64,000 nt of DNA from Escherichia coli (GTDB taxonomy: Bacteria; Pseudomonadota; Gammaproteobacteria; Enterobacterales; Enterobacteriaceae). Location: NCBI RefSeq assembly GCF_024223415.1, contig NZ_CP100500.1; one strand, 5' to 3'. This document shows positions 22,548 to 30,681 of this stretch, in pieces. The notes beneath the pieces were generated by a model. It was not told where the DNA came from. It worked only from the letters and a program-made list of their open reading frames with translations, and ran no database searches. The translations under genes and the position numbers were made by a program. Each line of letters opens with the position of its first letter. Position 1 is the stretch's first letter.

Positions 22548-24212
22548 TTAAAACGTTTCCCAGTTCTCCCCGCTATCTGCCACGGCCATTTTACGCAGCG
22601 CAGCTGGCGTCACGGTTTTTACCACAGCCGATGTTTCACGCTGCTGTTGCTGCTGTTGCTGAATCCGGAACACTGCCACAGCTTCGGTCAGGCGACTGGC
22701 CTGCTCTTCCAGCGCGGCGGCGGCGGCGGCAGATTCTTCCACCAGCGCGGCGTTCTGTTGAGTTACCCGGTCCATCTCAGCAACCGCTAAGCCAACCTGA
22801 TCGATACCACGGCTCTGCTCATCAGAAGCAGAAGCTATTTCGCCCATAATGTCCGTCACGCGGGTCACGGCACTGACAATCTCCGCCATTGTTTCCCCGG
22901 CGCTTTCGACCAGCGTAGAGCCAACATCCACTTTCCCCACCGAGTCTTCAATCAGGCTTTTAATTTCACGAGCCGCCTGGGCGCTACGCTGGGCCAGATT
23001 ACGCACTTCTCCCGCAACCACCGCAAAACCACGTCCTTGCTCACCCGCACGCGCTGCTTCAACCGCCGCGTTCAAAGCCAGAATATTGGTCTGGAAGGCA
23101 ATGCCGTCAATTACACTGATAATATCGGCGATTTTCTGCGAACTGGTGGAGATATCACGCATAGTCTGCACCACGTTATCTACCACTTTGCCGCCGCGTT
23201 GCGCCGTTTCAGAAGCACTTAATGCCAGATGGCTGGCCTGGCGCGCATTCTCGGCGTTCTGTTTCACCGTTGCGGTCAGTTGCTCCATGCTGGCTGCCGT
23301 CTCTTCCAGCGAAGCGGCCTGTTGCTCGGTGCGCGAAGAGAGATCGTTATTACCGGTAGCGATTTCGCTGGCACCGCTATAGATGGCATTGGCCCCGTTG
23401 CGCACATCACCGACGGTACGCATCAGTTCTCCCTGCATATGGCGCAAACTCTCTGCCAGTTGCCCCATCTCATTAGAGCCATCCACCTCAATCGGTTTCA
23501 CCAGATCGCCGCCTGCAATATGACGAATGCTGTCAATCAGGCGATTCATTGGCGCTACCAGCGAGGCTTTAATACCGAACCAGACGGCGAAGATGACCGC
23601 CAGTACGACGATCATCACGCCCACCAGAATCCACATCGCCTGGCTGTAGGAGGCATTGTTATCGCTGACGGCGATATCATAGAGCCGATCGTTTTGCTCC
23701 ATGTAAGCCACATACTGCTTCTCGAAACCGTCCTGATATCCCTGGGTCGGCTGATCAAAGAACTCGTTGATTTTGCCTGCACCTAACAGTTGGATCAGCT
23801 CCGCCAGCGCATTGTGATAAATATCGTAATTACGTTTGATCTCTGCCGCTGCGGCGGTGCTCTGACGCGGGTCACGCGGCAACGCTTCGTAATCCGCCCA
23901 GTTTTTTTCCGCCTGTTTCAGCGAAATACTGGCACTCCGCATCAGCTCAGCAACGGTTGAACCGCTACCAATATTATTCTGATCCATCATGTAGCGGATA
24001 CCCGCGCGGTTGAGGGTGTTACGCGTCTGCAACAACGCGACCCAGCTGCCATTCAGCGTGGATTGCTGCTGACGAATGGTTTGTAAAACAGTGAAATTTT
24101 CTTTGTCATTCTTTAAGGCATTAAAGAACAGACCGCCTGATGTCAGTTGTAAAAGGCCAAAAACGGCCAAAACCAGCAGTAAGCTGGTCACGATCTTGAT
24201 ACGTTTTAACAT
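22548..24212 (-). CDS. tsr: Methyl-accepting chemotaxis protein I (serine receptor)
   Basis: 554-aa MCP with HAMP domain, methylation helices and C-terminal NWETF pentapeptide; poly-Gln linker of 7 Q. Confidence 0.95.
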   Translation of the reverse strand: MLKRIKIVTSLLLVLAVFGLLQLTSGGLFFNALKNDKENFTVLQTIRQQQSTLNGSWVALLQTRNTLNRAGIRYMMDQNNIGSGSTVAELMRSASISLKQAEKNWADYEALPRDPRQSTAAAAEIKRNYDIYHNALAELIQLLGAGKINEFFDQPTQGYQDGFEKQYVAYMEQNDRLYDIAVSDNNASYSQAMWILVGVMIVVLAVIFAVWFGIKASLVAPMNRLIDSIRHIAGGDLVKPIEVDGSNEMGQLAESLRHMQGELMRTVGDVRNGANAIYSGASEIATGNNDLSSRTEQQAASLEETAASMEQLTATVKQNAENARQASHLALSASETAQRGGKVVDNVVQTMRDISTSSQKIADIISVIDGIAFQTNILALNAAVEAARAGEQGRGFAVVAGEVRNLAQRSAQAAREIKSLIEDSVGKVDVGSTLVESAGETMAEIVSAVTRVTDIMGEIASASDEQSRGIDQVGLAVAEMDRVTQQNAALVEESAAAAAALEEQASRLTEAVAVFRIQQQQQQQRETSAVVKTVTPAALRKMAVADSGENWETF

Positions 24213-24242
24213 GGTTTCTCTTTCCTGTGGACCGATGCAAGA

Positions 24243-24269
24243 TTTTCGGCCTGAAATGAGAAAACTTTA
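24243..24269 (-). promoter_or_regulatory. Sigma28 (FliA) class-3 promoter of tsr
   Basis: Minus strand reads TAAAGTTT, 11-bp spacer, GCCGAAAA (consensus TAAAGTTT-N11-GCCGATAA), about 30-55 bp upstream of the tsr ATG. Confidence 0.65.
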
Positions 24270-24439
24270 TAGGTAGCGACTTGAAACTGGTTAATTTTAC
24301 CTCACTTTTTTAATTTTTGTTCAAAAATACAATAACCACTTATTGATACATTTTCTTTTCTTATTTTTTTCACACGAATTGTATCTATTTTGAACGAAAT
24401 ATTTTATAGAGTGTGGAATTTTAAGAAAGGACATCTGAA

Positions 24440-24982
24440 ATGTTAAACCGTGACTTCGATCATCTCTCAACGCTATTACATCTCTTTTTTGAACGTGAGG
24501 ATATTTGCCAAAAGCTTAATATTATTGACCAAAACAATATCACCGGTTGGGAAGTGTGGTTCCAGGTAGAGTTTGCTAATATGCTCTGCTCAACAGACCA
24601 TGAATGGTGGCGTGAACAAGCACTTTCCTGTGATATGCGCAAAAAACCTGAGCGCCCGACACTACGCACAGATTTCTTACTACGTAAAAAAGGCTGGGCA
24701 CAAGATAGCTATATCGCGCTTGAAATAAAACAAAACAGAGACGCGACCAGTTGTGTTAAAAATATGATCGCAGACTTAGAAAAAAGCGCAAAAATAAAAC
24801 GTTCCGAACTCGATTTACGCAGTTTCTGGACCTTGGGTATCACCCCTATGATAGACAGGGAAAGGCTGGACTCTCTCATCGATTGCTATTTAGATGAGAA
24901 ATTTTATCTTACTAAATCTCGTAAAAAACACGTTTTACTTAAAGAAATAAATAACACACCATATTGCTATATTGTTATTTAA
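24440..24982 (+). CDS. Hypothetical protein, AT-rich orphan ORF (180 aa) with possible PD-(D/E)xK-like motif
   Basis: ATG preceded by aagaaagga; markedly AT-rich versus flanking core genes; residues ...RTDFLL...IALEIKQ... resemble a D...ExK nuclease core; no family recognised. Confidence 0.4.
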   Translation: MLNRDFDHLSTLLHLFFEREDICQKLNIIDQNNITGWEVWFQVEFANMLCSTDHEWWREQALSCDMRKKPERPTLRTDFLLRKKGWAQDSYIALEIKQNRDATSCVKNMIADLEKSAKIKRSELDLRSFWTLGITPMIDRERLDSLIDCYLDEKFYLTKSRKKHVLLKEINNTPYCYIVI

Positions 24983-25090
24983 TATTTATAGCATGAATAT
25001 AATTTTTAAATGAGTTACACAACCGAGGGCTAAAAATCGCTTCGGTTGTGATCATCATCACATAAATAACCTTCATAAACCTTGCTCAAA

Positions 25091-25139
25091 ACCGCTCAAC
25101 CGCAAAACTGACCGCTTACGTCCCTAAAATAACCACTCA
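25091..25139 (+). promoter_or_regulatory. BtsR (YehT) binding motifs upstream of btsT
   Basis: Three direct copies of ACC(G/A)CT(C/T)A: ACCGCTCA (25091), ACCGCTTA (25111), ACCACTCA (25132); the last two are separated by 13 bp. Confidence 0.55.
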
Positions 25140-25274
25140 GTTATTTACCTTACTTTACGCGCGCGTAACTCTGGCAGCATCACTGCAGGATAGCGGTCAA
25201 TTTACCTCCTCAAACGCAACGCAAACCTAGAACGGCTTCGGCCAACTATTAATCAATACATGCCAGGTTTTACT

Positions 25275-27425
25275 ATGGATACGAAAAAACTATTCAAGCA
25301 CATACCCTGGGTGATTCTCGGAATCATCGGTGCATTCTGCCTCGCGGTAGTTGCATTACGTCGGGGGGAGCACGTCAGCGCCCTGTGGATCGTGGTCGCC
25401 TCTGTGTCGGTGTATCTGGTGGCGTATCGCTACTACAGTTTGTATATCGCCCAGAAGGTGATGAAACTCGACCCCACGCGCGCGACGCCTGCGGTTATTA
25501 ACAACGACGGTCTGAACTACGTTCCGACCAACCGTTACGTGTTGTTTGGTCACCACTTCGCCGCTATCGCCGGTGCTGGTCCGCTGGTTGGTCCGGTTCT
25601 CGCCGCGCAGATGGGCTATCTGCCTGGCACGCTGTGGCTGCTGGCGGGGGTAGTGCTGGCCGGTGCGGTACAGGACTTTATGGTGCTGTTTATCTCCTCT
25701 CGCCGTAACGGCGCATCTCTCGGTGAGATGATCAAAGAAGAGATGGGACCAGTACCGGGGACTATCGCGCTGTTTGGCTGTTTCTTAATCATGATCATCA
25801 TCCTCGCCGTCCTGGCGCTGATTGTGGTTAAAGCCCTGGCCGAAAGTCCGTGGGGTGTCTTCACCGTTTGCTCAACCGTACCGATTGCGCTGTTTATGGG
25901 TATCTACATGCGCTTTATCCGTCCGGGGCGTGTGGGTGAAGTCTCTGTTATTGGTATCGTGCTGCTGGTTGCCTCTATCTACTTCGGTGGCGTGATTGCT
26001 CACGATCCGTACTGGGGTCCGGCACTGACCTTTAAAGACACCACCATTACCTTCGCGCTGATTGGCTATGCGTTTGTTTCCGCGCTGCTGCCGGTGTGGC
26101 TGATCCTCGCACCACGCGACTATCTGGCAACCTTCCTGAAGATCGGCGTTATCGTCGGCCTGGCGCTGGGTATCGTGGTGCTGAACCCGGAACTGAAAAT
26201 GCCTGCGATGACCCAGTACATTGACGGTACTGGCCCGCTGTGGAAAGGCGCTCTGTTCCCGTTCCTGTTCATCACCATCGCCTGTGGTGCGGTATCTGGC
26301 TTCCACGCGCTGATCTCTTCCGGTACGACGCCGAAACTGCTGGCTAACGAAACCGACGCGCGTTTCATTGGCTACGGCGCAATGCTGATGGAGTCCTTCG
26401 TGGCGATTATGGCGCTGGTTGCAGCGTCCATCATCGAACCGGATCTTTACTTCGCGATGAACACCCCGCCTGCTGGCCTTGGCATCACCATGCCTAACCT
26501 GCATGAAATGGGTGGCGAGAACGCGCCGATCATCATGGCGCAGCTGAAAGACGTTACCGCACACGCGGCAGCGACCGTCAGCTCCTGGGGCTTCGTGATT
26601 TCGCCAGAGCAGATCCTGCAAACCGCGAAAGACATTGGTGAGCCTTCTGTCCTGAACCGTGCAGGTGGTGCACCAACGCTGGCGGTAGGTATCGCTCACG
26701 TGTTCCACAAAGTGCTGCCGATGGCTGACATGGGCTTCTGGTATCACTTCGGTATTCTGTTCGAAGCCCTGTTCATCCTGACCGCGCTGGATGCGGGTAC
26801 CCGTTCTGGCCGCTTTATGCTGCAAGACCTGCTGGGTAACTTCATCCCGTTCCTGAAAAAAACCGACTCTCTGGTTGCTGGTATCATCGGTACTGCGGGC
26901 TGTGTGGGTCTGTGGGGCTACCTGCTGTATCAGGGCGTTGTCGATCCGCTGGGCGGCGTTAAGAGCCTGTGGCCGCTGTTCGGTATCTCCAACCAGATGC
27001 TGGCAGCCGTAGCGCTGGTACTGGGCACCGTTGTGCTGATTAAGATGAAGCGCACCCAATACATCTGGGTAACTGTTGTTCCGGCTGTATGGCTGCTTAT
27101 CTGCACCACCTGGGCGCTGGGCCTGAAACTGTTCAGCACCAACCCGCAGATGGAAGGCTTCTTCTACATGGCAAGCCAGTACAAAGAGAAGATTGCTAAC
27201 GGTACTGACCTGACGGCACAGCAGATTGCCAACATGAACCACATCGTTGTGAACAACTACACCAACGCGGGCCTGAGTATTCTGTTCCTGATTGTGGTGT
27301 ACAGCATCATCTTCTACGGTTTCAAAACCTGGCTTGCGGTGCGTAACAGCGACAAACGTACTGACAAAGAAACACCGTACGTTCCAATCCCGGAAGGCGG
27401 CGTGAAGATCTCTTCGCACCACTAA
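25275..27425 (+). CDS. btsT: Pyruvate/H+ symporter BtsT (CstA family)
   Basis: 716-aa polytopic membrane protein; start at ATG 25275 (MDTKKLFKHIPW) inside the 721-aa track ORF. Confidence 0.9.
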   Translation: MDTKKLFKHIPWVILGIIGAFCLAVVALRRGEHVSALWIVVASVSVYLVAYRYYSLYIAQKVMKLDPTRATPAVINNDGLNYVPTNRYVLFGHHFAAIAGAGPLVGPVLAAQMGYLPGTLWLLAGVVLAGAVQDFMVLFISSRRNGASLGEMIKEEMGPVPGTIALFGCFLIMIIILAVLALIVVKALAESPWGVFTVCSTVPIALFMGIYMRFIRPGRVGEVSVIGIVLLVASIYFGGVIAHDPYWGPALTFKDTTITFALIGYAFVSALLPVWLILAPRDYLATFLKIGVIVGLALGIVVLNPELKMPAMTQYIDGTGPLWKGALFPFLFITIACGAVSGFHALISSGTTPKLLANETDARFIGYGAMLMESFVAIMALVAASIIEPDLYFAMNTPPAGLGITMPNLHEMGGENAPIIMAQLKDVTAHAAATVSSWGFVISPEQILQTAKDIGEPSVLNRAGGAPTLAVGIAHVFHKVLPMADMGFWYHFGILFEALFILTALDAGTRSGRFMLQDLLGNFIPFLKKTDSLVAGIIGTAGCVGLWGYLLYQGVVDPLGGVKSLWPLFGISNQMLAAVALVLGTVVLIKMKRTQYIWVTVVPAVWLLICTTWALGLKLFSTNPQMEGFFYMASQYKEKIANGTDLTAQQIANMNHIVVNNYTNAGLSILFLIVVYSIIFYGFKTWLAVRNSDKRTDKETPYVPIPEGGVKISSHH

Positions 27426-27433
27426 CCGTGTTT

Positions 27434-27461
27434 AGCCCCGCTTCGGCGGGGCTTTGTTCTT
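27434..27461 (+). terminator. Intrinsic terminator after btsT
   Basis: agccccgc-ttcg-gcggggct followed by ttgttctt, directly after the btsT stop and 14 bp before yjiX. Confidence 0.6.
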
Positions 27462-27474
27462 ATCAGAGTGAACT

Positions 27475-27678
27475 ATGTTTGGTAACTTAGGACAGGCAAA
27501 AAAATATCTCGGCCAGGCGGCGAAGATGTTGATTGGCATTCCAGACTACGACAACTACGTCGAGCATATGAAGACCAACCATCCCGACAAGCCGTACATG
27601 AGCTATGAAGAATTCTTCCGCGAACGCCAGAACGCGCGCTACGGCGGCGATGGTAAAGGCGGTATGCGCTGTTGTTAA
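27475..27678 (+). CDS. yjiX: CstA-associated small protein YjiX (DUF466)
   Basis: 67-aa ORF ending [11 protein letters not shown]; immediately downstream of btsT. Confidence 0.85.
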
Positions 27679-27688
27679 TGGAGAGAGC

Positions 27689-28645
27689 ATGAACCCGATT
27701 GCAGTTACCCTACTCACCGGTTTTTTAGGCGCGGGCAAAACCACCCTGCTGCGCCATATTCTTAATGAACAACACGGCTACAAGATTGCCGTGATTGAAA
27801 ACGAATTCGGCGAAGTCTCCGTTGATGATCAACTGATTGGCGACCGCGCCACGCAGATCAAAACGCTGACCAACGGCTGCATCTGCTGTTCGCGCTCCAA
27901 CGAGCTGGAAGACGCACTACTCGACCTGCTGGATAATCTCGATAAGGGCAATATTCAGTTCGATCGTCTGGTCATTGAATGCACCGGCATGGCCGATCCC
28001 GGCCCGATTATTCAGACCTTTTTCTCCCATGAGATTTTATGCCAGCGTTACCTGCTGGACGGCGTGATTGCGCTGGTGGATGCGGTACATGCCGATGAGC
28101 AGATGAACCAGTTCACCATCGCCCAGTCCCAGGTTGGCTACGCCGACCGTATTCTGCTGACGAAAACCGACGTCGCAGGCGAAGCAGAGAAACTGCTTGA
28201 ACGTCTGGCGCGCATCAACGCCCGTGCACCGGTCTACACCGTCACCCACGGCGACATCGACCTGGGTCTGCTGTTCAACACCAACGGTTTTATGCTGGAA
28301 GAGAATGTCGTCAGCACCAAACCGCGTTTCCACTTTATCGCGGACAAACAAAACGATATTTCGTCGATTGTGGTGGAACTGGATTACCCGGTAGATATCA
28401 GCGAAGTTTCCCGGGTGATGGAAAACCTGCTGCTGGAATCGGCAGATAAACTACTGCGTTACAAAGGGATGCTATGGATTGACGGCGAACCTAACCGCCT
28501 GCTGTTCCAGGGCGTCCAGCGCCTCTACAGCGCCGACTGGGACCGCCCGTGGGGCGATGAGAAACCGCATAGCACGATGGTGTTTATCGGGATTCAGCTG
28601 CCGGAGGATGAGATTCGGGCGGCGTTTGCGGGGTTGAGGAAGTAA
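27689..28645 (+). CDS. yjiA: CobW/ZNG1-family metal-chaperone GTPase
   Basis: P-loop LTGFLGAGKTTLL; CICC motif; start at ATG 27689 (MNPIAVTLL) rather than the upstream in-frame start that overlaps yjiX. Confidence 0.9.
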   Translation: MNPIAVTLLTGFLGAGKTTLLRHILNEQHGYKIAVIENEFGEVSVDDQLIGDRATQIKTLTNGCICCSRSNELEDALLDLLDNLDKGNIQFDRLVIECTGMADPGPIIQTFFSHEILCQRYLLDGVIALVDAVHADEQMNQFTIAQSQVGYADRILLTKTDVAGEAEKLLERLARINARAPVYTVTHGDIDLGLLFNTNGFMLEENVVSTKPRFHFIADKQNDISSIVVELDYPVDISEVSRVMENLLLESADKLLRYKGMLWIDGEPNRLLFQGVQRLYSADWDRPWGDEKPHSTMVFIGIQLPEDEIRAAFAGLRK

Positions 28646-28678
28646 TTTTGGATGATGGCCGCCATGTGGCGGCCTGAA

Positions 28679-28981
28679 TTATTTTTTGTTCTGATCGCGC
28701 AGCATCGCTTCACGTAAAATTGCGTTCAGGCGAGTTTGATAGCCTTTACCAGGTCGCTTCAGCCATTCCATCACATCAGCATCAATACGCACCGAAGCCT
28801 GGGTTTTCAATGGCCGATAAAACTTACCGCGTTCTGCGTTAGACCATTGCTCATCGCTGGAAGGCGGGATATCACTGTAATCAATATCTTCGTCGAATTT
28901 ATTCGCCAGTGCCTTCAGTTCGGCCTCATGCTGCACATCGAGTGTAGAGGGTGTCCCTCGTTTATGTTTAACCATGCTCAT
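28679..28981 (-). CDS. brnA: BrnA-like antitoxin (DUF4415/COG3514)
   Basis: C-terminal VRIDADVMEWLKRPGKGYQTRLNAILREAM is the hallmark BrnA motif; start at internal ATG (MSMVKHKRG) overlapping the brnT 3' end by 14 nt. Confidence 0.7.
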   Translation of the reverse strand: MSMVKHKRGTPSTLDVQHEAELKALANKFDEDIDYSDIPPSSDEQWSNAERGKFYRPLKTQASVRIDADVMEWLKRPGKGYQTRLNAILREAMLRDQNKK

Positions 28982-29255
28982 AGCGACTCCTCTCTTTACG
29001 ATCTGCTTTTCGTGCACTGATGATTCGAATAATTTCATTTCCGCTTTCGAAACGGATGGTATGCGCAACCAGAATAACCACGATACCGTGAACCAGGCCG
29101 ATAGTCTGCCAGCGATACTCACCGTTTTCTATGCGATCTTGCTGTGACAAATGTTGTGGATCATCAAACACTAACACCGCATCTTCAAAGCGGATGCCAT
29201 GTTTCACCCGATTACTTTTGGCCTTGTTTGCATCCCATTCAAACTCCATTGGCAT
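28968..29255 (-). CDS. brnT: BrnT-like toxin (DUF497/COG2929, RelE-fold ribonuclease)
   Basis: N-terminus ...MEFEWDANKAKSNRVKHGIRFEDAVLVFDD is the typical BrnT signature; toxin gene lies upstream of the antitoxin as in brnTA operons; start ambiguous among three nearby ATG (29249/29255/29264). Confidence 0.7.
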   Translation of the reverse strand: MPMEFEWDANKAKSNRVKHGIRFEDAVLVFDDPQHLSQQDRIENGEYRWQTIGLVHGIVVILVAHTIRFESGNEIIRIISARKADRKERSRYEHG

Positions 29256-29451
29256 AGTTGCCATCCCTAATTGTATATACAAAAATGTATCTACAATTAT
29301 TCTGCAATTATAGCGTTGATGTTGGAAATAGCATCACGTTTTGGATAATCAACCATGAAATTGACAATGAGTAAGTTGGACTTGATTCATCCAATAGAAT
29401 TTCTCGCCTGACATGGCACACTAAACACCTCGCTGTCGTTAAGGGATTACC

Positions 29452-30618
29452 GTGAAAAACTATAAAGTTATTACCCCGCTTTTTCCTACCTATGCACAGG
29501 TTAAAGCTATGATGAAAGCCGTCTCAGGCTATTCCCTGAAAGCGGTACGCAATATGATTACCGCCATTCGCGATCAAACCGGTACGCCGCAAAAACCCGT
29601 TGACTGGTCGGAACCTGACCTGTGGATCAGCGAACGCTTAACGGGCGAAGATGCCGACATCGCCCGTCGTATTTGGGATACAGATAATCACATATTGAAC
29701 CCGCGCCACAGCTACGGCTGCTACTTATTCCTCAACTATCCCCAGTTTGAGCTGATGGAAAGCACGCCAGATGATACCTGGCAGCCCACCTCGCGCGGGC
29801 AAAAATTCCTGCAAGATGACGAAAAAACGCTGCGTTCACTGGATGACCAGGAAGGCATTCTGCAACTGCTTGAGCTGCTGGCTGGCCGGGAAATGTCGCG
29901 CCGCGCCGATTTATTGCCGGAATGGCAGGCCTTTTTGCATCAGCATTCGAAATTCGCGTCTGCAAGTTCAGTGAAAAGCACGCTCTACTCCCGTCTCTAT
30001 AACCTTATTGACCGTGGCATGGTTACTCGCGAAGGTATGAGCTATTGCATCACCGATACCGGACGCGCCTGGCTTGGAAAAGCGTTGCCAGCACGAAAAA
30101 GCGATCCGCGTAAAGAGCTGTTGGAAGCGGTGAAACGCTACAACGAGCAGCAAAAAGAGCTGCTGCGCGAACAAATCAGCACGATGAACCCGTACAAATT
30201 TGAACAACTGGTCGGTCAATTACTGGAAGCAATGGGCTACGAGCAGGTCGAAGTGACCAAAGCCTCAGGCGATAAAGGTGTGGACGTGATTGGTCAGGTG
30301 CAGGTCGGCATCACCACTATTACCGAAGTGGTGCAGGTCAAAAGAATGCAGAACACCATCACTCGACCGTATATCGACCAGTTGCGCGGAGCGTTGCCTT
30401 ACCACAAAGCCATTCGCGGTACGCTCATCACCACCGGGAAATTTGCGGCGAAATGTGCAGAAGCGGCGCTCTTTCCGGGGGCAGCGCCCATTACGCTTAT
30501 CGACGGCGATCGCTTACTGGAACTGTTAATCGAAAATAACGTCGGCATTCGCCGCAGCAATGCAGTGGAATTGCTGGATGTAGATTTGCAGTTGTTTGAT
30601 GAGCTGGAGATGGATTAA
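29452..30618 (+). CDS. Mrr-family (type IV-like) restriction endonuclease with extended N-terminal region
   Basis: C-terminal Mrr_cat-like core (GDKGVDVIG...TEVVQVKR, D...QxK variant); GTG start preceded by aaggga; ends 63 bp before hsdM on the same strand. Confidence 0.75.
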   Translation: MKNYKVITPLFPTYAQVKAMMKAVSGYSLKAVRNMITAIRDQTGTPQKPVDWSEPDLWISERLTGEDADIARRIWDTDNHILNPRHSYGCYLFLNYPQFELMESTPDDTWQPTSRGQKFLQDDEKTLRSLDDQEGILQLLELLAGREMSRRADLLPEWQAFLHQHSKFASASSVKSTLYSRLYNLIDRGMVTREGMSYCITDTGRAWLGKALPARKSDPRKELLEAVKRYNEQQKELLREQISTMNPYKFEQLVGQLLEAMGYEQVEVTKASGDKGVDVIGQVQVGITTITEVVQVKRMQNTITRPYIDQLRGALPYHKAIRGTLITTGKFAAKCAEAALFPGAAPITLIDGDRLLELLIENNVGIRRSNAVELLDVDLQLFDELEMD

Positions 30619-30681
30619 AGGGCGAAATCTGCCGTCTCTACCATTACAATAGCGACCCAATTTATCTGAACAGAGTTCATC

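Noticed and set aside
25872-27422. 516-aa minus-strand ORF
   Set aside because: Antisense to btsT; Arg/His-rich translation typical of the reverse frame of a GC-rich membrane-protein gene.
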